Notes: generated from the letters alone by a model not told the origin. Counted from the first letter of the stretch, positions 20,161 through 30,065 are shown. The stretch: DNA of 64,000 nucleotides from an uncultured Chloroflexota bacterium (GCA_913045315.1 CAJWQJ010000009.1:16569-80568); one strand, 5' to 3'. Numbers and translations: made by a program.

Positions 20161-21197
20161 TGCTTACTAGTGATTTTAATTATTTCTTGCCTAAAAATTT
20201 AATTGCCCAATTTCCTGCAAAAACTCGTGACTCTTCAAAGTTGCTTCTTTTGAATCGTTTTGATGGAAATATTGAACATGAACAACTATTTTCAAACTTT
20301 GTTAATTACTTAGAACCGGATGATTTATTAATATTTAATGATTCAAAAGTAATCCCTTCAAGAATAACTGGGAAAAAACATGGAACAGACGGTAAGGTTG
20401 AGATAATTGCTCTAGAAGAGATTAGAGAAAATGAGTGGAAATGTTTGGTTAAACCATCAAAAAGATTAAAAACTGGTCAAAAAATCATTATAGAATCAGC
20501 AAATAAAGAAATTACTGCTCTTATAACAAAAGAGCTTGATGACGGGATTCGTTTAGTCAGATTTGAGAAAGGAACTTTATTAAATGAAATAGGTATTATT
20601 CCTCTCCCACCATATATAACAAATAAGAATAATGACCTAGAAAGATACCAAACAATTTATGCAAAATATCCTGGTAGTGTTGCTGCTCCAACTGCTGGAT
20701 TACATTTTACAAATGATTTAATGACACAGATCAAAAATATTGGTGCAAAAATTTGTTATATAACTCTTCACATTGGTTTAGGTACTTTTAGGCCTGTGCA
20801 GTCTGAAAATATATATAATCATACTATGCATAGTGAAAAATACTCGATTTCAGTTGAAACACAAGAGATGATTCAAAACGCTATAAAAAACAAAAATAGA
20901 ATTATTTGTATAGGCACAACTGTAATTCGTGCTTTAGAGTCATCAGCAGAAACATTATTGAAGAAACAGGGAAGCTCATTTAAAGAAATTAACGATGAAA
21001 CTAATATATTCATCATTCCTGGATTCGAATTTAAAATTGCAACAGGTTTATTGACTAATTTCCATCTTCCCAAATCTACATTGTTAATGTTAGTAAGTGC
21101 ATTTACTAATAAATTATTTATATGGAATGCCTATCAAGAAGCAATTATTAACGAGTATAGATTTTATAGTTTTGGAGATTCAATGTTAATAATTTAA
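20160..21197 (+). CDS. queA: S-adenosylmethionine:tRNA ribosyltransferase-isomerase
   Basis: PLPPYI, YQTIYA, GSVAAPTAGLHF, TNFHLPKSTL, YRFYSFGD. Confidence 0.97.
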   Translation: MLTSDFNYFLPKNLIAQFPAKTRDSSKLLLLNRFDGNIEHEQLFSNFVNYLEPDDLLIFNDSKVIPSRITGKKHGTDGKVEIIALEEIRENEWKCLVKPSKRLKTGQKIIIESANKEITALITKELDDGIRLVRFEKGTLLNEIGIIPLPPYITNKNNDLERYQTIYAKYPGSVAAPTAGLHFTNDLMTQIKNIGAKICYITLHIGLGTFRPVQSENIYNHTMHSEKYSISVETQEMIQNAIKNKNRIICIGTTVIRALESSAETLLKKQGSSFKEINDETNIFIIPGFEFKIATGLLTNFHLPKSTLLMLVSAFTNKLFIWNAYQEAIINEYRFYSFGDSMLII

Positions 21198-24100
21198 ACA
21201 GTTAGCTTTTGATATAGGTAAGGTAATCGCCTAGGTAATTCACTAATTTCGTGTAATACTTCATACCCCATATCACCCATCATGGTTTTTAAATAATCAT
21301 GACCAGATTTATCTACAGTCAGACAAAACGGGTTAATTCCTTTCTTTTTTGCCTCCAAAAGTGCCATTCGAGTGTCATGTACTGCGTATTCTTTTTCAAC
21401 ACCTTCTCTACTGTATCCGCGATCTTGAGGACGGCCATCACTTATCAAAAATAATAGTTTTGTTTTAGCTTCAATAGTTTCAAGTTTAGTAATGCTATGA
21501 CGAATGGCAGGACCCATTCGTGTTGCATGTAATGGTGCAATTTTGTCAACTCTTTTACGAACTCGATCATTTAATGATTCATTCAAATCTTTTATGGTAT
21601 AAAATTCTACATTTTCCCGACCATAACCTGAAAAACCATAAAATCCATATGAATCACCTAATGTTTCTAAAGCCATAGTTAGAAGAATTACACTTTCTTT
21701 TTCTAGATCAATAATTCTTTTATAGCTTTTTCGGGCGACTGGTTCAGATCTTCTTTGGCGTAGCCAAATAAGATAATCTGCTGGATCATCGGGAGCATCC
21801 CACTGGTCGGCCATTCTTTTTGCTTCATCAATTGCTTCAGCTGTAGATGCGCTCATATCCAATAAAAATAAAACAGCAACGTCACGTTCAGTTTTATTTC
21901 TTCTCGAATAGATATGATCAGTAGGGTTTATACCTAATCGTCTATCAATCATAGCTTCAATAACGGAATCAAAATCAAAGTCTTCACCATCACGTAAGTG
22001 GCGAATCTTTCGAAACGATTGCGGTGCAGTTAATTCAAATTGTCTTCGGATTTCTGAAACAAGCATAGCATTCTGTTCCATTGTTTGATGCCAGAAATCT
22101 TCAGTGCCCTCAGCAATTACTCTTTCCCGTACGATACACCATCGAGGACGATAATCATCAGCACGGAAATCCCATTCATCATAAAGGTGAGTTTCAGGCT
22201 CGTTACTTTCAAGAGAGTCACCGTCATCTTCAGCATCTATGTTTGTGCCAGGAAGTTGGGAATCAGATGCAGGTGGTGGAGTTCCTGCTTCCTGCATCAT
22301 ATTATTTGCAAAAGCTGAAGTGTTATCTTTAGCTTCACCTTCTGATGTTTCAATTTCAACATTTTCCTTCAAAAGTTGCTCAAGCATTTCTTTAGTTAAT
22401 GGAGTTGCATCTCCTTGATTAGCTTTATCTTGAACCATTTTAAGTTGTGATAACAATTGAACTGTTTCTGGTTTAAAATCACCCCTAAAATCAACTTCTT
22501 GAGGAGATGCATAAGTTCCTTCAGAATCCTGTGTTGCGTCAAATATATCCTCACTTTGTTCAGAAGAATTACTGCCAGGAAATACTTTATCTAAATCATC
22601 TGGTTCTTGATAATCCATCACATTATCAGGATCAAGGTCAGTCCAATCCTCATCAGGAATTTCTTCATTAATTATTTGATTTAAGATTGAATATATTCTT
22701 ATTGTAGCTTCAGCAGTATCTTCAACGGATGCAAATTGGGCAAAAATTAAATTAGCAATGCCTCCTATAAGTTTTGCACTATCTATATACTCTAGTGGAA
22801 CCTTTATATTACTTTTTTCGTAGAGACTTAGTCGGACAAGAAATTCAACGATTGCTTCTCTTGCTGGAAGAGTTTCTATATTTGGTCTATCTTTCAAAGC
22901 TTCTCGTTGAGCCTTGTTATAAGCAGAAACAATACCTCTATATTCACGAGAAATATGCTTAGCTACGCGACCATCTTCAAGAGTTTTAAATATATCAAGA
23001 GCTAATTGTCTTTCAGGAAATAGGTCGAAAAATCTTTGCATACTTGTTATTGTTGTCATGTCCCCATCTTGTAATAATGTTGACGGATTTTTTGAATTCA
23101 TTTCTGGACGCATATTTTCCAATAATGTGCTTGGCTTGTCATATTGAAATTCAAAACTACCAAATTCAAGGTGTCCAATCTGATGTGTTGTGATAACTTT
23201 TAACCATTCAAAGTTTTCAGTTTTCGTAGAAAAATGTTGGGTTTGAGGTGGAAGGAAAACAGTTGTGCCTTCAGTAGTAGGACGTTCTTTTGAAACCCAC
23301 CCTATTCCCTTTTCAGCAATTCGCTCTGATGATTCAACAGTCATTTCAGCACCAGCCAAGGCTCTGCAATAAAGGTGAATAATTTCTTTGATTCTTGGAA
23401 ATTCGATAGCGGAAGAAAGATTTTCAATAACTGATTCTGAAGTATTTGATTCTAATCGAAAGAAAGCCATGCCACTATCAAAATTATCAGAAAGTAATTT
23501 AATTCCTTCATCAAACCATTCTCTTAGTTGAGTAGCTTCTATTCGATTAAGAACAATAGGTGCAGAATTCAAAAAGGCACTTACTGAGGAAGGTGCAATA
23601 TTTATAGCTGTTTCACTTAGATCAAGTAAAGTAGAATGATGTTCAGAATTAATTTTGGATATTGATCTAGCAGAAGATTCAATAAATCCAGAAACACTAA
23701 ATTCGTTATTATCGGATAGTGTTAGTGCTATTTGAAGTAGTCTAAGCTGTTGTTTTTTTGCGATTAGAGGAAGGTAATTGTTTGTATTTTCAAATATAGC
23801 TTTGATGTCTCTCGTTGATCGAAGCGAAGATTTGATAATTAATTCAATAAAATAATCACGACTATCACCAAGAGTTGAAAAAACATTTGACGAAATTGTT
23901 AAACAATCATTAGCAAGATCATATGAATCTTCACAAATAATAAGTATGAATTCAATAAACCTTTGAAGTTGTGGAATAGATAGTGTTTTAAGTAATTCAG
24001 GACTTATTTCAAAAAATCGTGTAGCAATTGCACTAGAACGCCAAGAACCTTTATATAGGGATAAACCAATTTGCCCCCAATCTTCTATTTGAGAAGGAGA

Positions 24101-24463
24101 TAAATAAGGCAGACTTCCAGGACTTGAGCGGAAATAGGATGCAGCCAATGTGGGTGTTTTAGAGCAGATAAGTTTTCCAGTTTCAGCCCATTTAATTATG
24201 TCATTAAAACTCAAAAATGGAAAAACCTTAGGACTGGCCTTCATGAATTCAGCAGCAGCTTCCCAGGACCTTACTGCTTGCTTTGAAATCTCAATGACAA
24301 GTTCTGCCCATATTACTTGCTCATTTTTCCCAAATTTCATATCTGGAGAGTTATTTGATTGGATAAGCATTTCCAAAGTTCTATTGAATTCTTGAGCTAG
24401 AGCAGATGGATATTGTTTTAATTGGACATCAACTACATTTATGCGTTCCTGGTATAGATCCAT
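21194..24463 (-). CDS. Large NorD/CbbO-like vWA-domain protein with N-terminal helical repeats
   Basis: C-terminal vWA MIDAS (DMSAST, TRMGPAIRH, ISDGRPQD); YDEWDF motif and acidic linker as in NorD/CbbO; LEDGRV. Confidence 0.85.
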   Translation of the reverse strand: MDLYQERINVVDVQLKQYPSALAQEFNRTLEMLIQSNNSPDMKFGKNEQVIWAELVIEISKQAVRSWEAAAEFMKASPKVFPFLSFNDIIKWAETGKLICSKTPTLAASYFRSSPGSLPYLSPSQIEDWGQIGLSLYKGSWRSSAIATRFFEISPELLKTLSIPQLQRFIEFILIICEDSYDLANDCLTISSNVFSTLGDSRDYFIELIIKSSLRSTRDIKAIFENTNNYLPLIAKKQQLRLLQIALTLSDNNEFSVSGFIESSARSISKINSEHHSTLLDLSETAINIAPSSVSAFLNSAPIVLNRIEATQLREWFDEGIKLLSDNFDSGMAFFRLESNTSESVIENLSSAIEFPRIKEIIHLYCRALAGAEMTVESSERIAEKGIGWVSKERPTTEGTTVFLPPQTQHFSTKTENFEWLKVITTHQIGHLEFGSFEFQYDKPSTLLENMRPEMNSKNPSTLLQDGDMTTITSMQRFFDLFPERQLALDIFKTLEDGRVAKHISREYRGIVSAYNKAQREALKDRPNIETLPAREAIVEFLVRLSLYEKSNIKVPLEYIDSAKLIGGIANLIFAQFASVEDTAEATIRIYSILNQIINEEIPDEDWTDLDPDNVMDYQEPDDLDKVFPGSNSSEQSEDIFDATQDSEGTYASPQEVDFRGDFKPETVQLLSQLKMVQDKANQGDATPLTKEMLEQLLKENVEIETSEGEAKDNTSAFANNMMQEAGTPPPASDSQLPGTNIDAEDDGDSLESNEPETHLYDEWDFRADDYRPRWCIVRERVIAEGTEDFWHQTMEQNAMLVSEIRRQFELTAPQSFRKIRHLRDGEDFDFDSVIEAMIDRRLGINPTDHIYSRRNKTERDVAVLFLLDMSASTAEAIDEAKRMADQWDAPDDPADYLIWLRQRRSEPVARKSYKRIIDLEKESVILLTMALETLGDSYGFYGFSGYGRENVEFYTIKDLNESLNDRVRKRVDKIAPLHATRMGPAIRHSITKLETIEAKTKLLFLISDGRPQDRGYSREGVEKEYAVHDTRMALLEAKKKGINPFCLTVDKSGHDYLKTMMGDMGYEVLHEISELPRRLPYLYQKLTV

Positions 24464-25047
24464 GTATCCTCCAAATCAAAGATTATTTCTAGCTGTTCCA
24501 AGAATTGACTTAGAATTCGAGCAGTTGCTCCATAGATAAGATGGCTATCATACTTGTACGAGAACGTAGTTTCTAATCCGTTAATCGTTAAGGTTGTTTC
24601 TATACGAATATTTTCTGAATTTAATAAATGAGAGATTGGCACTTCAATTATTTCTTCAACTTCGCGAATAAAAGGTTTGTATGGATAATTATCGGGTATG
24701 ATTCCAACATAAGGTTTAATTGCAAAACCAGTACGTGTAACTGTTGGAGTCATGGTTCCAATTAAATTGATAGAATCAGTATCAATTCCCATTTCTTCTT
24801 TAGTTTCACGAAGAGCAGTTTGTGTTAAATCAACATCGGAATCATCCTTCCCACCACCGGGGAAACATATTTCTCCTTTGTGAAATTCTACAAATTGAGA
24901 TCTTTTATTAAAAACAATGTAAATCTGGTTTTCCCGAAACAGGATTGGTAGTACAACAGCTGATGGTCTTAGATTGTCAGGTAAGGGCTCATCAAAAAAA
25001 GTTTTTGCGAAATGTTCACGTAGCAAATCAGACGGTAATTTTTTCAT
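24439..25047 (-). CDS. Nudix hydrolase, CoA pyrophosphatase (NudL/Pcd1-like)
   Basis: SAVVLP, KRS...HKGEICFPGG, Nudix box ALRETKEEMG, IYGATA; start at MKKLP (25047). Confidence 0.88.
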   Translation of the reverse strand: MKKLPSDLLREHFAKTFFDEPLPDNLRPSAVVLPILFRENQIYIVFNKRSQFVEFHKGEICFPGGGKDDSDVDLTQTALRETKEEMGIDTDSINLIGTMTPTVTRTGFAIKPYVGIIPDNYPYKPFIREVEEIIEVPISHLLNSENIRIETTLTINGLETTFSYKYDSHLIYGATARILSQFLEQLEIIFDLEDTWIYTRNA

Positions 25048-25066
25048 GTGGTTCCCAATCTTCAGT

Positions 25067-25948
25067 TCATTCAAATATTGATGAAATAACCTCTTCCATA
25101 CTTCGCTGTATTTGAATATCATCACTTAAGGCCCATACTACAGCTGTTTGGCAGGCTCTTCTGGCTGGAATGTCGAGTGCAATAAGTCGCCCAGCATAGA
25201 TTAAAAGACGCGTACTAACTCCCTCCTGAAGACCATGCTCTTTCAAATTTCTAATTTTTTCACCTAATTTGGCCAATCTTTCAGCAATATCACTTGAAAC
25301 ATCAGCCTCGTGCTGAATAACTTTTGCTTCAAGGTCAGATGAAGGATATTGAAATTCGAGAGATACAAATCTTTGCCGTGTTGAATGTTTTAAATCTTTT
25401 AGTGCACTTTGATAACCAGGATTGTAAGAGATGACTAATAGGAAATTTTCATGAGCTTCCATTACTTGACCTTGTTTTTCAACTGGTAAGAGTCTTCGGT
25501 GGTCAGTTAATGGATGAATCAAAACAGTAGTATCTTTTCGGGTTTCAACCACTTCATCCAAGTAGCAAATTGCTCCAACTTTAACTGCACGAGTAAGGGG
25601 GCCGTCAATCCATCTGGTACCTTCAGCATCAATAAGGTATCTTCCCACAAGATCACTTGCCGTAAGATCTTCATGGCAAGCAATTGTAACGAGCGGGACT
25701 GAATTATTACTTTTAGAGGACCCTTTTTTACCTTTTTTGTTAGTGGTTCCAAGTCTCCATGACATATATTCAACAAAGCGAGTTTTACCACATCCTGTTG
25801 GTCCTTTAAGTAAAACAGGTATTTTCTGTGCATAAGCAGATTCAAATAATTCAATCTCATCACTTTGAGGTATGTAGAAGGGTTCTTCATCCATGAAGTA
25901 TTCTTCAATTTGCATTGCTAATGGAGCTGCTCCACTTCCTTGAACCAT
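25067..25948 (-). CDS. CbbQ/NirQ/NorQ family AAA+ ATPase (MoxR clade)
   Basis: [51 protein letters not shown]. Confidence 0.95.
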   Translation of the reverse strand: MVQGSGAAPLAMQIEEYFMDEEPFYIPQSDEIELFESAYAQKIPVLLKGPTGCGKTRFVEYMSWRLGTTNKKGKKGSSKSNNSVPLVTIACHEDLTASDLVGRYLIDAEGTRWIDGPLTRAVKVGAICYLDEVVETRKDTTVLIHPLTDHRRLLPVEKQGQVMEAHENFLLVISYNPGYQSALKDLKHSTRQRFVSLEFQYPSSDLEAKVIQHEADVSSDIAERLAKLGEKIRNLKEHGLQEGVSTRLLIYAGRLIALDIPARRACQTAVVWALSDDIQIQRSMEEVISSIFE

Positions 25949-25954
25949 ATTAAT

Positions 25955-26548
25955 TCACCTTATTTTTTCTTTCCAAATACTATTAACTTTAGTTTCTAAA
26001 TCCGATAATTCTTGATCATTTTCAATAACTAGAGAAGCATATTTAATACGCTCATCATTAGTAATTTGGGAATTAATTCGCGCACGAATTGCTTCTTCAG
26101 GAAAGTTATTTCTGGCCATAACCCTTTTAACAACAGTATCTTCGCTTGCTATTACAACCCAAACTTCATCAACCAATGGTAGCCAATTAGCTTCGATCAA
26201 AATTGCAGCCTCTAGTATAACAACTTCAATCCCTTGATTTTTATACTCGGTAATCTCATCTCTTATCATGTCAGCCATTTTTGGATGCATAATTGCATTC
26301 AGTTGTGCAAGTTTTTCAGGAGCAGAGAAAACAATTGAACCTAAGGCTTTTCTGTCAATTTCTTCATTTTCACCAACAACAGTAGGGCCAAAAGTAGCGA
26401 CAACTTCTTCCCATGCTGGAGTATGAGGGACATAGGCAGCATGTCCAACTTTATCGGCATCAATTAGTGTAGCACCATTACGAACAAGAAGTTCGGATAC
26501 AGCACTCTTACCGCTTCCAATTCCTCCGGTAATACCTATAACTAGCAT
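25955..26548 (-). CDS. coaE: Dephospho-CoA kinase
   Basis: IGITGGIGSGKS, IDAD, IDRKALG..VF, HP, R..SQ. Confidence 0.96.
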   Translation of the reverse strand: MLVIGITGGIGSGKSAVSELLVRNGATLIDADKVGHAAYVPHTPAWEEVVATFGPTVVGENEEIDRKALGSIVFSAPEKLAQLNAIMHPKMADMIRDEITEYKNQGIEVVILEAAILIEANWLPLVDEVWVVIASEDTVVKRVMARNNFPEEAIRARINSQITNDERIKYASLVIENDQELSDLETKVNSIWKEKIR

Positions 26549-26633
26549 TAAGAATTATGTCCTAGACACGAGGTAAAAAAACTGTGAATCAGTTTACTAG
26601 TCACTATAAGGATGGTCAAGTTAGAATCATTAA

Positions 26634-27278
26634 TTAGAATGAAATATTCCAAAGAAAATACATTACAATACTACTTATAAGAGGGACTCTTATGTTGTCA
26701 TCAAGAGGAATTGGAAGAAATTCAACCACAGCTGCTGTAATAGCTCCTATAGCAGCAGCTGTGAAATTTTCGTATGCACCCTTGCTCCATATTAAATAAG
26801 CAATTAGTAATGTTACACTAACAAATGCTATAGATCCTTCTATAGTTTTACCATTCTGTGGAGTTTTAAGTGTTCCACTTCCTCGAAAAAGAACAGTTTT
26901 TCCAAACTTTATTCCTACAATAGCTGCAACTGGATCGCCAATGGATATATAGAATAAAGCCAAACCACCTATAACTGGTTGAGATCGAAAAATTAACAAT
27001 ATAACTACTGATATAAATGCTAAATAAGTAGCAGCGGTAATTTTTCTTTTTTCCCCATCTTTAAGTAATAAAGAAAGAAAATTAATTACAATTAAATTTA
27101 CAGATTCATATTTAAATCTAAGAATTTCAAATGATATTAGAATTAAAAAAGAAAATGATGCAATAAATATTGCCAAGTTCCAACTAAACACGAATCCAAC
27201 AAGTGGCGTGAACGATCCGGCAATAAGATGGAAAAGATGTCGATCCCATTTTAGATTATTATTTATACTGTTTTCCAT
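26634..27278 (-). CDS. Polyprenol/phytol/diacylglycerol kinase family membrane protein (CTP-dependent)
   Basis: R.LFH, GDPVAAIVG, KTIEGS, DDNIRVP; multiple TM helices. Confidence 0.85.
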   Translation of the reverse strand: MENSINNNLKWDRHLFHLIAGSFTPLVGFVFSWNLAIFIASFSFLILISFEILRFKYESVNLIVINFLSLLLKDGEKRKITAATYLAFISVVILLIFRSQPVIGGLALFYISIGDPVAAIVGIKFGKTVLFRGSGTLKTPQNGKTIEGSIAFVSVTLLIAYLIWSKGAYENFTAAAIGAITAAVVEFLPIPLDDNIRVPLISSIVMYFLWNISF

Positions 27279-27315
27279 AACACATTAAAGATATATATTG
27301 AATAAATTGATAAAA

Positions 27316-27663
27316 TTATTCAATAGCAATTTGTAATGAAATTCTAGGTTGATCGCCCACAACGCGTGTTATGTGACCCTCACCAGTTAAATCGTCAGCT
27401 AGTACAATATCTCCTGGGCCAAATATTTGGCTGGTTCCATCACCTAATATTATTTCAGCACAGCCACTTAATGTGACCACATATTGTTTTCTGGGAGCAG
27501 GATGCATATCTATTACAAATCCAGGTGGTTGATAGACAAATTGTAGATTTCCAGAAGTGTTGTGCTCTTTACGTTGTGCCTCATCAATAGGATTAAATTC
27601 GAGAGAAAATTTTTCAAAATGGGAACAGTTATCTGAACCAGTATACATTCTTATAATATCCAT
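27316..27663 (-). CDS. Cupin domain protein
   Basis: HPAPRKQYVVTLSG, DDLTGEGH. Confidence 0.8.
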   Translation of the reverse strand: MDIIRMYTGSDNCSHFEKFSLEFNPIDEAQRKEHNTSGNLQFVYQPPGFVIDMHPAPRKQYVVTLSGCAEIILGDGTSQIFGPGDIVLADDLTGEGHITRVVGDQPRISLQIAIE

Positions 27664-27778
27664 TGTGTCCTTCTAAAAAAATGAGTGAATGACTATCACT
27701 ATAGTATATAATCAAGTATTGATGTAGAATAACCGAAAATTAATAATATAATTTATACCAACAAATGGAGGTATTCAA

Positions 27779-28108
27779 ATGTCTAAACCAATAGAAATAA
27801 CAGATCAAAGTTTTGAACAGGATGTAAAGTCATCTTCTCAACCTGTTCTGGTTGATTTTTGGGCTGACTGGTGTATGCCGTGTAAAATGATTGCACCTAT
27901 TGTAGAAGAACTTGCCGGTGAATATGAAGGGCGAATGAATTTTGCCAAAATGGATATTGATAGCAACCCTGAGACACCTGCTGAATTTGGTATCCGAAGC
28001 ATTCCAACACTTCTCATTTTTAAAGATGGAGTAGCTGTAGATCAAATAATTGGAGCTGTTCCAAAAGGTACTCTTCAAAAGCGTCTTGATGCAGTATTAG
28101 AATCTTAA
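27779..28108 (+). CDS. trxA: Thioredoxin
   Basis: VDFWADWCMPCKMIAP, SIPTL; GGAGG SD. Confidence 0.95.
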   Translation: MSKPIEITDQSFEQDVKSSSQPVLVDFWADWCMPCKMIAPIVEELAGEYEGRMNFAKMDIDSNPETPAEFGIRSIPTLLIFKDGVAVDQIIGAVPKGTLQKRLDAVLES

Positions 28109-28122
28109 GTTTATAAAATATT

Positions 28123-28217
28123 GGGAGTGGACGGGGCCCGGTGGCTTCTGCGGACTTCAACTCCGTTGTTTCGTGTGGTACACGATGGGTGGGTTCGACT
28201 CCCTCGCACTCCCGCCA
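28123..28217 (+). tRNA. selC: tRNA-Sec (UCA)
   Basis: 95 nt; 6-bp D stem GGGGCC/GGCTTC with 4-nt loop; anticodon TCA at 28157-28159; long variable arm TCGTGT/ACACGA; TTCGACT T loop; G discriminator plus CCA. Confidence 0.93.
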
Positions 28218-28293
28218 TGTGTTTTTGCTGAACTCTAGAACCACAAACTTCAATAATTAGTCTACGCTTTTTTGATTAAGGGATATTTCCTGT

Positions 28294-29226
28294 ATGTCGT
28301 GGGTATTGATTTCATTAATAGGTTCGATATTATCTGCATTAGTTAGTATATTTGATAAGACTATCACATATCGTTTTGGCCAATCTTCCAAAGTTCTTCC
28401 TCTCCTAGTTGGAATTTTACAAACATCAGTTGGTCTTTCACTTCTTATTGTTCTGTCAATTTTCAACAATGAAATTTTCATATTTTCTGATAATGAATTT
28501 ATAAAAGCTATGCTTTTCGCTTCATTAAGTGGGGTTCTGTTTGGGACGAGTGGGAATATAATGCTTCGAATACTTCACGGTAATGAAGTGTCTAGAACTG
28601 TTCCTATAACACAAACATATCCTTTATTTACTGTATTGATAGCATATTTTTTTCTTGATGAAATAATTGCAACTTCTCAATGGATATCAATTTTTTCTAT
28701 AATTTTAGGTGCTGCAGTAATTTCAACAAATACTTCAAATAACACAAATAATCGATTCACCTATCACTCAGCTCTCCCTTTACTATTAAGTAGTTTTATT
28801 CAGAGTATTGCGTATGCATTTGCCAAGTTAGCTTTAGGTTCATTGCCAGTAATCCTCACGCACGCTTTAAGAGAATTATTTCTCGGATTAGTTTTCATAT
28901 CAATTAATTTACGGAAACAAACATTTATATTTGTTAAAGAATTATGGAATACTAAAAGTCCTGCAATTAAACTTGTTGGAATAAATGAACTAGTAACTGC
29001 TAATATTTCATTATTGTTAATTGTTTGGGCATTATCTTTAGGTCCAGTTTCTTTAGTGTCTTCCATTGCAAGCACAAGAGTACTATTTGTTGTTATTCTC
29101 GGTCTTATAGTAGGAAAATATTCAAATAAGTCTCTAGGTGAAGAACTTCATAGAAGAACTATAGCTACAAAAGTTATTGGAGCATTATTAATAGTAATAG
29201 GTATTTTCGGAATTACTGTTAGCTAA
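28294..29226 (+). CDS. EamA/DMT family transporter
   Basis: About 10 TM helices in two repeats; EVSR..P, P.F...A..FL.E, GPVSLVS. Confidence 0.85.
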   Translation: MSWVLISLIGSILSALVSIFDKTITYRFGQSSKVLPLLVGILQTSVGLSLLIVLSIFNNEIFIFSDNEFIKAMLFASLSGVLFGTSGNIMLRILHGNEVSRTVPITQTYPLFTVLIAYFFLDEIIATSQWISIFSIILGAAVISTNTSNNTNNRFTYHSALPLLLSSFIQSIAYAFAKLALGSLPVILTHALRELFLGLVFISINLRKQTFIFVKELWNTKSPAIKLVGINELVTANISLLLIVWALSLGPVSLVSSIASTRVLFVVILGLIVGKYSNKSLGEELHRRTIATKVIGALLIVIGIFGITVS

Positions 29227-29241
29227 CAAGAATATTAGTAT

Positions 29242-29958
29242 TTAAGGCCTTTTATTGAATGTAAGTTTATATACGAAAGCTGCAAGTAAACCACCAGTAA
29301 TAGGGCCAACCCAGTATAGCCAATGATCATCCCAAACTCCTGCAATAACAGCAGGACCAATGGACCTGGCAGGATTCATTGATGCTCCTGTCATCTGAAC
29401 TCCAACCAAATGATCAACTAATACCACTAATCCAATAGCGGCAGGTGCATAAGTGGAAAGCCCGCGTTTATCAATTGCGGTTGCAAAAATTACAAAAACC
29501 AATACAAAAGTAAGAATTATTTCAGCTAGCAAAGCGCCATTAGTTCCATCAACAAGATTACCTAATCCGTGTGCTCCAAGATTTCCTGCATATGTGTCTG
29601 GAACAATTATATTTAAAAGGAAGGCACCAAATATTGCTCCAACAACTTGGGCAATAATAAACAATACCGCCTTTGAGATTCCTATTTCACCAGTTAAAGC
29701 AGCCGCTATTGTTACAGCAGGATTTATGTGTCCACCCGATATATTGGCTGTAGCAGAAACCAATAACATTATGGCTAAGCCATGGGCAAAAGCTATACAT
29801 AGAAGAGCACCAGTAGTCATTTCATTACCTGATGCAGCCATAGCTGCAATAACTGAACCTGCTCCTATGAAAACAAATAAAGCTGTTGCAATAAATTCAG
29901 CCGTAGCTTGATAAATGGAAGACGGAGTTAAAATTTCATCTGAACCTAAGTGAACCAT
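29242..29958 (-). CDS. Aquaporin (MIP family)
   Basis: SGGHINPAVT and SMNPARSIGPA, WLYWVGP. Confidence 0.95.
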   Translation of the reverse strand: MVHLGSDEILTPSSIYQATAEFIATALFVFIGAGSVIAAMAASGNEMTTGALLCIAFAHGLAIMLLVSATANISGGHINPAVTIAAALTGEIGISKAVLFIIAQVVGAIFGAFLLNIIVPDTYAGNLGAHGLGNLVDGTNGALLAEIILTFVLVFVIFATAIDKRGLSTYAPAAIGLVVLVDHLVGVQMTGASMNPARSIGPAVIAGVWDDHWLYWVGPITGGLLAAFVYKLTFNKRP

Positions 29959-30065
29959 ATCATTCCTCCTAATTATGAGGTAAAAGGCTGTATATAATAA
30001 TATTTTTACAGTTAGTACATGAATTAGCTTAGATTAGAGAATTTTGCATGTCAAATCCAATAAGA

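Noticed and set aside
25946-25957. coaE TGA stop is in frame with the CbbQ ATG (possible Sec or readthrough fusion given selC)
   Set aside because: The TGA is part of the AGGTGA SD for cbbQ, CoaE is complete, no Cys-equivalent position and no evident SECIS hairpin; in-frame by chance one time in three
27866-27885. Thioredoxin active site WCMPC instead of WCGPC
   Set aside because: Both residues are ordinary Cys codons (TGT), and variation inside CxxC is common
28020-28253. 77-aa minus-strand ORF
   Set aside because: Antisense to tRNA-Sec and the trxA end; shadow ORF
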